Both the position numbers and the translations under genes were made by a program. Of a stretch of 64,000 nucleotides of DNA, positions 33,473 to 45,770 are shown in pieces; within the stretch, counting starts at the first letter, position 1, and each line of letters begins with the position of its first letter. Source of the DNA: Schizochytrium sp. TIO01 (Eukaryota; Protista; Bigyra: Labyrinthulomycetes); NCBI GenBank assembly GCA_004764695.1, contig SMSO01000031.1, positions 3,448,436 through 3,512,435 on the forward strand, in the 5' to 3' direction. A model generated the notes under the pieces. It did not search any database, was not told the DNA's origin, and was given only the letters and a program-made list of their open reading frames with translations.

Positions 33473-34309
33473 TTATTCAGTTTTCTTTTCAAGCTTTGAG
33501 CGGCTAGCATAAGAGGCCTCAGGGAGTTTAGACTCCTTTGCCACAAAAGCGTTAAAGCACATCTTAAGCAAATCAGACCACCACATCCAATTAAGGAGAG
33601 TGAGAAAGATGATACTGATCATGCTAGTTACGCCGACAACAAAGTTCGACTTGTCTGTGCCGAACGCAGGCGATTCGTCATGCACAAAAAGCCATAGATA
33701 GTTGAAGTACGTAAAGAGCGCCACACGGAGAGGGAAGAGAAAGAACAGAAGAGCGCCGCCAATATACATGGGCTTCTTCATACCATCCGCTCTGGCAATC
33801 TCAATACAAGCCACAAGCGGCGTCGTAAACTCCGAAAGGCCTACTGCAGCCCCAAACATTCCACTCTGACCGAAGAAGAGCGCATTAGCCAGGCCTACAA
33901 TGCAAGCCACATGATGCACAACAAAGGTCGGTCGAAAGTTCTTCCAAATCAGCCTGCCCACGAGATCTTGTGCCATGTATGCGAGCATTGTGGCATGCAC
34001 CACGGCGGCCTGGTACTCTTCAAAACGATTCATCTTAATTTCACCCTTAAGAACCTTAACAAATCCCTCAATAGTGCCGCCACCGGCCTGCACAACCACG
34101 ATGGAATAATAAACCACAGAAACCACGCAGCAAAAGGTCGCGCAGAAGAGGTTGCTAAACCTCAAGAGAAGCTTTCCGTATTTCTTCTCCTCGACGTCAT
34201 CAAGGTATCTCGCAAAGATGCCTACAAACGATACAATTACCGCCGACACGACCCAGAGTGTCGTCTCGTTTGCCTCAAGGTTCGCTACATCTCGCATGGG
34301 CACCGACAT
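33473..34309 (-). CDS. TLC (TRAM/LAG1/CLN8) domain multi-pass membrane protein
   Basis: About 6-7 hydrophobic helices; FVVHHV, SEFTTPLV and FPLRV motifs; C-terminal KKTE (KKxx ER retrieval); first ATG at 34309. Confidence 0.85.
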   Translation of the reverse strand: MSVPMRDVANLEANETTLWVVSAVIVSFVGIFARYLDDVEEKKYGKLLLRFSNLFCATFCCVVSVVYYSIVVVQAGGGTIEGFVKVLKGEIKMNRFEEYQAAVVHATMLAYMAQDLVGRLIWKNFRPTFVVHHVACIVGLANALFFGQSGMFGAAVGLSEFTTPLVACIEIARADGMKKPMYIGGALLFFLFPLRVALFTYFNYLWLFVHDESPAFGTDKSNFVVGVTSMISIIFLTLLNWMWWSDLLKMCFNAFVAKESKLPEASYASRSKLEKKTE

Positions 34310-35695
34310 TGTTAAAGTCAAACCCAGCACCTGCAACTCCAACGAAACAGTACTTGTTGAACCTCAAAGATCCGATCCGCAACGACCAGAGAATGCGTTT
34401 TGCAGACTCCCCTGTGCACGAAATCAATGTAAAGTGGCGTCGTTGCCACCAGACAGACACTGAGTCAAACCTCTGAGTTATCGTTTTGCTTTGCTGACTC
34501 TCAGGAAAGAAAAGACATCACAATCATACTATGAAGATTGACTGACCTACTTCTGAGTTATAATACCTACATACAGAGGCCTATCATTTTAGGTAATAAC
34601 AACAACACGCAACCAACCTGATTATCACCACTCCAAATTGAAGTACTTTGGCACGCTCGACAATATCACGCCACCTTCAGCATAATCACTCGCTCGCCCA
34701 AAGCTCATTCTACGAGAACAGCATTTATAGCATAGCGGTCAACAGGAGGTAACGAAGAGCTGCAAGCGAAGCTTAAGCTCTTATTCATCAAAGCGTCATG
34801 AGTTCCTATTGTTTGCGCTCGAATTCTTCCTAATCCACTTACTCAAAATGCACAATCTCTGACTGCATGTATATATACCTACTATAGACTAAACGAGACG
34901 AAAGGGCTTTATACAGACTCACACTATAGGGATTAGAGCATAAGTAGGTTATTTCCGGAGCGAAAGATTGATCTCGAGTTCTGTCTCTTATCTTACATCG
35001 ATTCGAGGCTCGCTGAGGTCGCGCGAAGAGTGGTGAGAGAGGTCGATGTGACATTTCTTGCGTCGACGATGGATTGGGTTGGCTCCAGAGTATCGGGGAA
35101 TCTATGAAAACACCCTGCTTGAGCCTTATTAGAGAGAAGGATGAGGAAATCGAGTTTGTTTCGATCAATTGAGGATACCTACTAAAAATGAGATCTCAAA
35201 CTCATGGGTGGCAAATAGTCCAGCAGAAGCCGCAAGATCCGGCGGATCTGAAGATTAGGTGCGGTCTAAGGCTTGTGAAAGCATCTTTGAGACCCTTCTG
35301 GCACTAATTTGCGAGTTTTGATCCACTAGGGGCCGGTCGCTATGGAGCAAAGCGCGAACTCTCTTGGAGCCGGAAATCACAATTCTTTGAAAACGCAGAT
35401 CTTGCTCTTCTTTGTGCTCCTGCTGCCGATCTAGGCAAAATCCCGACAGGCGGGCCTTGCAGTCGTGTACCTCCGACATATCTACTTTAAACGAGGTGCC
35501 ATTCGCCTCCGTTCAAGCAGCTTCACCCTCTTGCGGCCTTCGGCATTGGCATCTTCAATATCCAGGTTCCTGTGCCTCATTGCCTGACTAGGCCCTTGCG
35601 AGGGTTCTGAGGTACTTTAAAGATCTCCGCGACACATCGTGAGGCGTGGAAATCTTTGAGGAACATCCATACGAACTTGAAGCAAAATTCTGGCG

Positions 35696-37042
35696 ATGGT
35701 CGTGAAAAGGTCTTCGTCTTCGTCTGCGACATCGTCTTCGACATCTTGCTCGTCAGAGTCAAAGAGACCTTCGAAGAGTCGCCGCCGAAACCAAAAATCT
35801 GAGGTAGCAAGTGAGTCTTCAGAACGAGTCTTACGCTCACACTCTCGCTCGAAGAATCTGCAAAAGAGCAGCGACAGCTGCAAATCTGAAAGCAAGAGTT
35901 CTGTGGTAAAGGTTGAAAACGGTAGTGAAACGACTATGATGAAAGGCACAACATCAGGTATCCCCAGGCTTCTTACGGATCTTGGCAAACTCGTTTCTGG
36001 CAAGGTTATCGCAAGGCCGTCAAAAGTCGTACGTACGCCGTATGTGGCCGATGTAATGCTCTTGGACGGGTCGGAGAAGATTGTGCAAGCCCATGCGCCG
36101 TCACTAGGTTGTGCAGGAATGGTAGACAAAGGCCGCATTGTGGAGATGAGCGAGGTTCCTCAGAAAAATGATAAATCTAGGAAAACAACGCACACAGTCT
36201 CTTTATGCTTTGATGCACCGCGACTCGATGGCACCAGTCCGCGTGTTGGAGCTCTGCCAGCCTTGGCAGAGTCCTTCGTGCAAAAATCCCTAGAAGAAGG
36301 CTGGTTTCCTGAGTTTGAGCCGGGATACTCTGTGACAAGTCAAAAGACCTACGGCGGCAGCCGTGTAGACTTTGTCCTGGACTATGGAAGTTCTGGTCGC
36401 AAGACTCTGATTGAGGTCAAGAATGCTGTTTGTGCAGATTACTTGCCGGAGGAAATGCCTGGCGGCAAGTCGAAAGGCGAGCTCGAGGCAAGGCTACCAT
36501 CTTGTCTTGTAAATATTGATACTGGTGCCCCATTGCGATCTGCAGTATTCCCTCATGGTGGCACACAGAAGCCGAAGATTAAAGTGTTATCTTCACGCGC
36601 CATCAAGCACGTACACGAGTTGACACAGATCCATGCATCAAGAACTGTCGAACATGAAAATTTAGATAGTGCCATTATATTTCTGGTCAATCGAAATGAC
36701 TGTGACCGATTTCGGCCTGCTCACGAGTCTTGCCCGTTGTTCGCGCGAGTTCTTTATGAGTCAATTCTGTGCGGCGTCCGTGTGTTGGCTTATGCTGTGG
36801 ATTGGAGGGATAGCAAGGCATATCTTGCTGAGCGTTTACCAGTAGAATTTGCTGATGAGACCAAAGACCACCCATTGAACAGGGTCTGGCTGGACCAGGT
36901 GTTAGCATATGAAGCGGGTCCCAAGCTTGATTCCTTGGGCTCATCGAGCAAGACTAAGTCGGGTGATAAAAAGTCAAAAAAGTCAAAGTCCTCCCGTAAA
37001 TCTCGCCGACGCGAAGTTGAAGATCCAGATTATGAAAGATAA
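35696..37042 (+). CDS. sfsA: SfsA (sugar fermentation stimulation protein A) family PD-(D/E)xK nuclease-like protein
   Basis: TPYVADV, AHAPSLGCAG, SRVDFVL, IEVKN, AVFPHG, SSRAIKHVHEL and FLVNRND motifs. Confidence 0.85.
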   Translation: MVVKRSSSSSATSSSTSCSSESKRPSKSRRRNQKSEVASESSERVLRSHSRSKNLQKSSDSCKSESKSSVVKVENGSETTMMKGTTSGIPRLLTDLGKLVSGKVIARPSKVVRTPYVADVMLLDGSEKIVQAHAPSLGCAGMVDKGRIVEMSEVPQKNDKSRKTTHTVSLCFDAPRLDGTSPRVGALPALAESFVQKSLEEGWFPEFEPGYSVTSQKTYGGSRVDFVLDYGSSGRKTLIEVKNAVCADYLPEEMPGGKSKGELEARLPSCLVNIDTGAPLRSAVFPHGGTQKPKIKVLSSRAIKHVHELTQIHASRTVEHENLDSAIIFLVNRNDCDRFRPAHESCPLFARVLYESILCGVRVLAYAVDWRDSKAYLAERLPVEFADETKDHPLNRVWLDQVLAYEAGPKLDSLGSSSKTKSGDKKSKKSKSSRKSRRREVEDPDYER

Positions 37043-40000
37043 TTTTATAACAATGGTATATCAAGCATTTCTCAAGATCATTCACGTAGAGCGCGTTTCA
37101 ATGTGGAGCTAGGGTATTTCATCGCTATGATAAATCATGTGGTGATGTTCATTGACTCGTTTCTGTTGTTCTACCTCGATGGGTTCTCTTTGTTTAGTTT
37201 GACGAAAGCAAGCAATTCCTTGCAGTCATATTGCTGCAAAGCATTATTACCACTGTTGCTACTTGCTGTAGTAGTACCTACTCCTATTTATTGGCACTAT
37301 GTCTAGCCAGAGCATACTCATTTCCCCTCCATGGTGTTTATTTCTGACTGCTTTTTAGCTGAGTTCATTCATTCCTTCAGTTCCCTGTTAAATATATGTG
37401 CCTTAGTGTTTGCATATTCTATCCGTAGTGTTGACGGCTAAGTCGCCGGACGACATGAGTTCTGAAGTCGTGCGCGGCTCTGATGCTCGTTGTTGAAAGC
37501 AGAAAAATTGGTGGCATACGACTTCTCATGAAGCGTGCTCCCACGAGACTGTCTACACTTATGTGGAATCATTTTTCCACCACTGAAAGAAAAAGAAATG
37601 CTTTAAAACTAACAAAGCAAAGTGTGTCTAACTACCAATCTGACCTATATTTGCCCGACTAGTGAAAGAAAAAGGAACTAGGGAATGCAAAAAAGCCCCT
37701 TTTCAGATGCTTGCTCACCAGATGTGAAACATACAAGCAAACAGACAAACAAAAACAGCAGATTGATTGTTTTCTAAATTATTCTGATAAGGGAGCAATG
37801 CGCCGTCAAGAATATGTTAATCTCTAGCGCTCACTAAGGGAGGGTGGGTATCGAGCTTGCTGCTTGAAGTATTTATTTTTGCAAACGTCATGGCGTGCCA
37901 AGGCGTAGGTAGGGCGACAATTGTAGTTTGACAGGGAGGCAATCATTATAGACAGCGAAGAATATTTTCTAACATTCCATAATAAAAGAAAGGAATAACT
38001 TTGAAAATAACAAATTAAATTAAATTAAATTAAATTAACGTCGTTTTGCCACTGACTCTTTCAATGGTCACTGTCAGGAATGCATCGCAACATCATTGGT
38101 ACTGGTCAATAAGGTTCTTTGACTCTTATAGGAAAGTTGAACTGATATTGCGCGCTCTAGTTTTTCACAGGAGTAAATAGATGTGTTGATGGCAGCTTCC
38201 TTGCAGTAAATTTGAGTGAAACTAGCAAAAGAAGACTGCGATTTGGAGTGAGTATACGCTATTTATCATTATCAATCTTAATTTTACATTAAACGCTCTC
38301 GTATCTTCCCTTCTAATTTATTCTTGAAACTTTACAAACTTGTTAAAAATATGAAACAACATAGTTCCACGGAAAGTCTAACTAAAAGCGTTTCCCACAA
38401 TTACAGCATCAGTTTTTTATACCACTGCAACTTTGAATTCTATTCTAAGCAAGATGATCAAACGATGGTCCTGAATCCATGAGATTTGTGCGTATTGACA
38501 TCATTGAAGAGTGCTCGCACGGCAAAGCACGCGATTTCACGCGAAGCCACGCTCCGCCCATGCGTCATTTAAGCTCCAAATCCTTTCGCAGCATTTTTTC
38601 ACTTAAAGTTCCCGTAACGCCCGACAAGATGCCCGAGGATGGCATTATTACCATGAAGCCCGGTCCGCCCTACCTTCTAAGATGGTCCTGCGAGGAGTGT
38701 CATATTTGTTGTGTTGATGTAATAGAATAAGGTCAAAGCTAAACCCTTGAGAGTTATATCATTTGGCATAATAGAGGGAAGGAAGCCCTGCGTCATATGT
38801 TTGCAGACTATCAACAAGGTCCTTTTCGCTTACAACTCTGCATGAGCACCACTATAGAGGGCTCATCGAAATGGGTCTATCAGTTTCGTTATTCTGTAAG
38901 TCCTTGCTATGACAAGCATTCTTTATCTCAAGATTCGTCTTGTTGTACATGTCAGCTTTCTCAATCTGAAGAAGAAGCAAAGATCGTCAATCTCTGCTGA
39001 CGTTGTTGTTCGTAGCTCACTCACTCACTCGCTGTTGCGACCTGGGATTACGCATCAGCTGTCGGAATGCAACAATAAATTGAATGAAAGAAGCTGTGTT
39101 TCTGATGTCATCTACGCAACTACTACAAGAGAAATGAAGTGCCTGTCCTTCTTTCATGATTCTATAAAAAGTAAGAGGTAAGTCTTAAGCCCATATTCAT
39201 TATTTTTGGGTCGCATTCAAGCATTCCTAATACCTTTCTATATTCCTGTGTAAAAGAAATAAAATTAAAATTAAAAAAATTAAAGAAAGCAAAAATAAAA
39301 ACTTGTCTCTGGTCCTTCTTAGTGTTCATAACCCTTCTTCAAAAACAGCAAACAACTATTAAATCGACATAGTGTTCTGTGGCTGTGAGCTTTCCGGCCT
39401 CCGTTCCCACGGCGCTCTCCCTCTCCCTTGCTGGCAGGAGGTGTTTTATTGCCACTTTAAAGCGGCGCTGGTCAAGAAAACCAAACATAGACGCCCAATG
39501 CTTTGTCTTTGTCCACCTCGCTTCTTCGGCCATTGATCGTGGTTTTCAAGATCAGCGTAGACAACAAAGAGAAGAGAGAAGAAAACGATTGAGCTTCTGC
39601 GGTCACAAATCACCTCTTCGATTGCTTGCTTGCTTACTTACTTGCGTTCTCTCTTTCTTTAGTTCAAAGTCCAACGGAGCGGACTAAAGTCCCATCTACC
39701 GTAAACGATTAACGCTTGAAACTAAAACGCCTTTCAGTACGGCCAGTGATTTCTAAAAACTTTATTCTTCAATTTAAAATCTCTTATGTTAGTTACATTA
39801 AAATATGCAAATTGAAGAACCAAAACATGTAAAATAAGCGAGTTGAGAAAAAATAAAATTAAAAAAAAATATATATATATATATATGTAGTATTATTTAA
39901 AATAGGCCCAGATGAAGTGTTTTATTTTCTCTGCCGTTTAAACACATTTTCCCATGTGCAAAAACACGTACTACTTCCCGGCACCTACTGTTTAGATACT

Positions 40001-40210
40001 TTATGTTTTAAAGCTAGCGAGCCAAGGAAGCAAGAATCGAAACTTCGCTTCGCTCGTTCAATCGATCGATCGATCAATCAATAGAACAATTGACGCACTC
40101 TCTTCAACGCGTCTTGTTCTTTGCTTATTTTCTTCTTTTTGGACTCTGGCGCATCCAAAACCTTCAAAAGACCCACAAGAACCGGTTATTTTCTCCTTCC
40201 CGCTGCTTCT

Positions 40211-40300
40211 TCAATCAATGAATGAATGAATGAATGAATGAATGAATCAATTAATGAATATATGAATGAATGAATGAATGAATGAATGAATGAATGAATG

Positions 40301-40345
<45 letters not shown>
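40211..40345. repeat. Compound (GAAT)n/(CAAT)n microsatellite
   Basis: Directly visible tandem tetramers. Confidence 0.95.
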
Positions 40346-40347
<2 letters not shown>

Positions 40348-40890
40348 GCCTTCGGAAAAGACCGTGAGAACGTGAAAAACCGTTCTTCCCATCATCCCTG
40401 CTTAGAAAGTAGACCCCTTCTAGGTACCCACCTATCAGAATCACTAAGACTCACATTAATCCCCCGCGTTACCTTTAGGGGATGCTATCGTTTGCGGTAT
40501 TCGTCGCGAGGATAGGAGTGGATTGAAGATCCTAATATCTTTCTTCAATCTTTGTCCAATCCTTGGATATCTGTCTCTGTTTCGATCTGGTCCTGGAGAA
40601 GAAGCTCCGGCGCTCAGGCGAAGGCGGTGAAGTCGCGCTGCCCAAGCTCCTTTCAGCTGCCTCTGGTCGGCCTCGAGGGCGATTAGCCGCCGATCTGAGG
40701 AGGATCCTGAGCAGGCAAGTTCGGGGTTCTTCTGCGAGGTCTCTTATAGATAGGAAAGAGAATGTGGGTAGGTAGGCATATTAGGCAGGTATAGACGGGT
40801 AGGGTGTACCTACGCACGGCATAGGAGCTCATGATGGAATTGTATCTGTCTTTGCTTCTTTTTCTTTTTGCATATTTTTTGCAGGGTCGC

Positions 40891-40914
40891 ACTAACTAAC
40901 TAACTAACTAACTA
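40891..40914. repeat. (ACTA)n microsatellite
   Basis: actaactaactaactaactaacta. Confidence 0.9.
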
Positions 40915-41578
40915 TCATACGCATAGGTTTCGGGTTGAAATCTTTTCAGCCAAAAGAATCGATCACCGATTGTGATTGATTGGGGCGTCTACGCGCGGGT
41001 ATAGAGAGGTAATCGAGCACTTTGAGCCCACATCTTTATCTTTCTTCTTCTTCATCATCATCTTCTCCTTCTTCAAGATCTTGTGATGAGTGTTCCACCA
41101 AAAATACCGATGTTTGCTCAACTCATTTCTCTCTTCCTGCTTAATTTAAAGTAGTAGTTTAATTTTCCTTAGAAAGTGAGAAGAGGCATTTTTTTCATCT
41201 CCACTTGAAAGAGATCTTCTTTTAATTTTACTAAATCAAAGAAACAAATTATAGCCTGTGAACGCCTCATTCGCTCATTCGATGGAGGGAAGGAAAGAGG
41301 ACGAAGCTGCTCGCGCGTTCCTCCGATGCAGCCTCGGCAGGTGAAGAACAGCGCTTAACGCGGCCTCTCTGCACCGAAGAAACGCTCGAAAGGGCCTTAA
41401 TCACCATTGTAGGCGAGCTTCTTCGAAGCCGGCAACCTCTACTACCCCGAAATACACGCACAACTTGCGTTAGTAAAGGCCTTTGTTTTTATATTTAGGG
41501 ACCATGTAAAAGATCGTTTTCGAAGTTGATAGTGTAGATAGTTACAAAACCAGTTTTTCTTTTATCACATCGAAACCA

Positions 41579-41581
41579 CAA

Positions 41582-41620
<39 letters not shown>

Positions 41621-41621
41621 A
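41579..41621. repeat. (AAAT)n microsatellite
   Basis: About 10 tandem copies. Confidence 0.95.
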
Positions 41622-44600
41622 CGAAACGAAAATAAATGCACGAAAATACACCTACTTACCACGATTCACAGGTGCGCTCTTAATTCCGCGGTTTTCCTAC
41701 TGTAGACTTTCAGTTTGTTCCACTTGCGCCCCATTTTGTTCTACAGTAGAGGGCGGCCTATAAGTCCTTTCCTGCAGCCTCGGCGCTGATGCGCTTCGCG
41801 CCGAGGCTCGCGAGGTCCCGAGCGCGGGCGAAGGCTGCTTGCTGCCAAGCCGCGCCAGGCCGCCTGTCAGGCCTGCTCCAAGCGGCCTCGCGCGGCCTCC
41901 GAGCGATCCGCCTGAGCCGACCCCGCCAATCAGAGGCACAGCGGCAACGCAGCCGTGGAGGAGGTGACCTTTGTCGTTCTTGGTTCTTGTCGAAGTCGAT
42001 TTGCAGAGGAACAAACGCATATTAGCGCAATGATCACTTGTTCTCCTCGCTCTTTCCTGCATATATAATAAATAAATAAATAAATTAATAAACAAATATA
42101 TGTCATACATACATACATTAATTTATTAATTAATTTATTAATTTATTAGTATATGCGGGCTTCCTCTTGATTTAAAAAAGACGAGAATTAGGACCAGAAA
42201 TCAGGAGATAAGCGCTTTTGAGCGCCCTTTTACCTCCCAGAACTTGGAGGGCGTGCCAGATTCATGGCCTTGTGCAGGTTTTCGAGCAGATGCATCTATT
42301 GATTGAGAAATATCGCGGGTTTGTCCGAAGAGGAATCGCCGTTCGAAGCCGTTTAAGGAGCGAGTGAGCGAGCGAGTACATGTTCATTTTCTTCGCTTTA
42401 TTTACTATTATGCTGTTTCTATTTTCTTTTAATTAATAAAAAGTCAATTAAAGTTAAATTGTAATATTAAAAAAATAGAATAAAAAAAGAGCTCAAGTAA
42501 AAGCTGCTCTGCTGTTTTCTTCGAATCCACGTAGAATAAGAAAAACTAAAATGGAAAGGGCAATATGAATAGAAGGCTCAGTCAGCGCACGTGCGCTGAG
42601 CTGCTTTTGCATTTGCAAAGCCTTCGGCGATTTTTTGGAGTGTACAGAGGAACGAGGATTTGCTGTGATTCTAAGTGGGTCCCTTTCTTTTTCCAAATCG
42701 ATCGAGCAAGAAGAAAAAGCACAAGAAAGGAAGGAAGGAAGGAGCCTTTCAACCTCTGCTTTGGAATAAAGAAAGCCCGCCGGTAGAAAAGGGGGAAGGC
42801 GAAGGATGAGGGTGTGCATCGTGGACCTAAGAACCAGCCATGCAATAAGTCGTAAGCTTCTTCGTTCCTGACTCCTTCGTAGGAGCCTTACTCAACGGCG
42901 CTTCTGTCGTGGTGATCCGAGTTTCCCTCTCGCGCAAAGGTCACGATTTCGTGGCACACTCGTTTCCATTAAATCAAGAAAGGCGCCATCGCTTCTTTCT
43001 AAAAACATCATCGTTTGGTGCTGTTTGCGGATCTCAGTTCTGCTCTGCTCTGCTTCTACTTCCGGCTTACCGGACACTTAATCTACCTAGCTTGCTCCTT
43101 AAAGTAAGGAGAAGCGTTTCTTTCTTCATTCGTTTTGTTTTTTATTATTAAAGTTTAGTATTTAAATGCAAAAAACTAAAAAAGAACAAGTGTAATAATA
43201 AATAGAATGATAACAATAAAATACTGCTATTATTTTATTATATTATATTATTTTCACTAAAATTTAACACCATGGGATGAGTTAGCGATCCCGGAATGGG
43301 GATTCGCAGACGCTTTGAGGTTCACCTGAAATGCATACACTATGGATAAGGATGCGCTTCCTCGCGTTTGGCTTGACTTCTGTTGGGATGTGCTTTCCTA
43401 GCGGATCTTCTTTCATATCGCGCAATCAAAGTAGACGCAAACAATCAAATCTGACTGACTGGTCCCGCCAGAACCCAGGCAAAAAACCCAAGTTAACAGC
43501 CAACCACAACCGCGCTCTCCAAAACGAGTGCCCCAAATCAACCCACGAACTTGGCGAGGCAGCTTGCTTCAAGGCATGCGCTTGCATTCGCCCTCGTCTC
43601 CATCAGCGTGCCACGGACCGGCGTTCCCAAAACCCAAGAGAACTCGTGCGATCGATCTTCTCCACATTGACCGTAACATCTACAATCCAACTTTGGAGCT
43701 CACAGTTCGCTCTCCTCCAAATCAATCATTCAATAAATGAATGACTAAATGAATAAATGCGTGTGCGCCATAATTTAATTAAAGCCAAAGTGAGCGTGCA
43801 TTAGAGAAGAAGGGGAATCCGCGACCCTGGATCTTGCCGCCGACGATTCCGAGGCCATTCCCAACGACCTTCCACCCCCGTGCTTCGCAGGCAACCACCC
43901 ATACGAAGCTTCTTTCGCCAGCCCCAGGCCGATATCCGCAGCGTCCACGAGGCCGTTGCGCATCATCATCCCAGAGCACAATCTCAGAACGAGCTCTCCG
44001 CTAAGATCTCTCTCGCACCGCGACCAGAACACGGCCTCGGGGACAGACTTCTTGTGTCCCAAAGCCTTCTCGCAAGTGCGTCATTCCGGCACCCTTCTAG
44101 TTGGAGCTCGCTTCATGTTTCTGGGTCCCACCGGTTCACGGGCGGTGCGCGTGCTTAAGTGGGGACGGCTGTGTCCCATTATCTGGCACCGCGAGGGCTG
44201 CTGAGTAAGTTTGTATGAGGCGGATAAGTGCGGCGAGACACAGGCTTGCTGTGCTGTGAGGGACGATGGCTATGGTTAAGGATAGGAGGCGTGTAGGACC
44301 CAGCGCTGGCGCCTGTGAGGAGGAGGAGGAGGAGGGTCCAGTACAGTCGCGAGGGGCTAAGCAGAGCTTAGGGTGTGCTAAGAGGAGCGTGCATACATAC
44401 CATATATGATGTGATGGGTACTTACGCTTACTTAGCTACTCAGCTTTAGGACTCCTCTGTGTACTTTATGTTCTTTATGTTTGGCGTCGCGCTTTGAGCG
44501 ATGGAAAGCCCACCAAGCGAAGAAAGGGCTGCAGAAAGGGCGTTATTTGCTGCGCTGTTTGGGACTCTGAGGAGGCGTGGACTCGAAGGAGGAGCTTTTG

Positions 44601-44676
44601 CTCAGATCTCTTCGGTAGTAGCTTCGGCATCGTCGTGGCCCTTCTGTTTCTCCTGTGGTGGTCTCTCCGCAACCAA

Positions 44677-44733
<57 letters not shown>
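44677..44733. repeat. (CTAT)n microsatellite
   Basis: About 14 tandem copies. Confidence 0.95.
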
Positions 44734-44734
<1 letters not shown>

Positions 44735-45715
44735 GTCTCTATCGCCACGGATGACGAGTCCTTTCAACACCAGCAAACACAAAACGTGGTGAGTTTGCGG
44801 TAGCTGGTGCTTATGAAGTGCTACGCACCATGAACCTCTCTTTCTTTCTTCTTTTCTTCTTCTACTTTTAATGAAGTTATAAAGATGGAAAGAATAACTT
44901 TTGTCTTTTTTTAAAGTTGACATGTATAGAGTAGTTAGGTTTATAGAACAAGCAAACCAACAATCTGACTGACAACCATCATTTGCTTCATTGTATGTAT
45001 ATATTGATTATTTGTGGTATTTTTTTTTTCAAAGATTGTCTTCTAAAAGCTACATAGGTACATACATACATATTAGAAAATGATGCTTCAATTGTCTGCC
45101 TCATTTCGAGGTGAGAGTCGAAAGAAGAAGGATTCGCAAAGTTTACTTGCTTTCAAAGGAGGGAAACCCATCCATCTCAAGGTTGAGCTTACTTGCTGAC
45201 TAGTTTGCTTGCTAGCTGTAATATTAAACACGCCCTGGGCCTGAATCTGCTGTTTCCGGGCATCGAATGTCGAGTACGAGCGTAAGAGCGTGCAGCTTCG
45301 CAAGTCTCAAATGCCCTTTGGTTTTCGCAAACTTGGTTTGTTTATCGTTTCCTGCTTTCTTTCTTTCTCACTCTCGAGGTTTGCTTAGCTCTCAGTGTGG
45401 GAAAAAAGAAAACGAAAGAAAACAAAAGAGAAAAAACAAAAGAGAAAAAACAAAAGAGAAAGGACCCGCGCCCTTCCTTTCTTTATTCCTGCTCTCTCTC
45501 TCTCTCTCTCATAACAGCATCACTTTACTTCTCCGTAAAGAGAGCAAGAAGCTCTTCAAATCGACCATTCGCATCATCACAGCCGACGTGAGGTGGCCCG
45601 CTATAGTATGATGCACACTGATGGAGGCCTTTCCGAAGAGAGAGCTCGCGACTTTTCCGCCTTTGCTTGAGTTTCCGATTGATTAATTCCTGAGTTTTCG
45701 ATCATCGATCGATCG

Positions 45716-45770
45716 ATTCATTCATTCATTCATTCATTCATTCATTCATTCATTCATTCATTCATTCATT
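45716..45770. repeat. (ATTC)n microsatellite preceded by (ATCG)n
   Basis: About 13 tandem copies. Confidence 0.95.

Noticed and set aside
34909-34932. T7-promoter-like TTATACAGACTCACACTATAGGGA
   Set aside because: Needs insertions and a mismatch relative to TAATACGACTCACTATAGGG, and there is no vector context; chance similarity
42223-42234. CGCCCTTTTACC, resembling U5 loop 1
   Set aside because: Imperfect match with no closing stem or Sm site
40061-45770. (ATCG)n+(GAAT)n mirrored by (ATCG)n+(ATTC)n as terminal inverted repeats of a transposon
   Set aside because: Similarity is limited to simple repeats; no unique-sequence inverted repeat, target-site duplication or transposase
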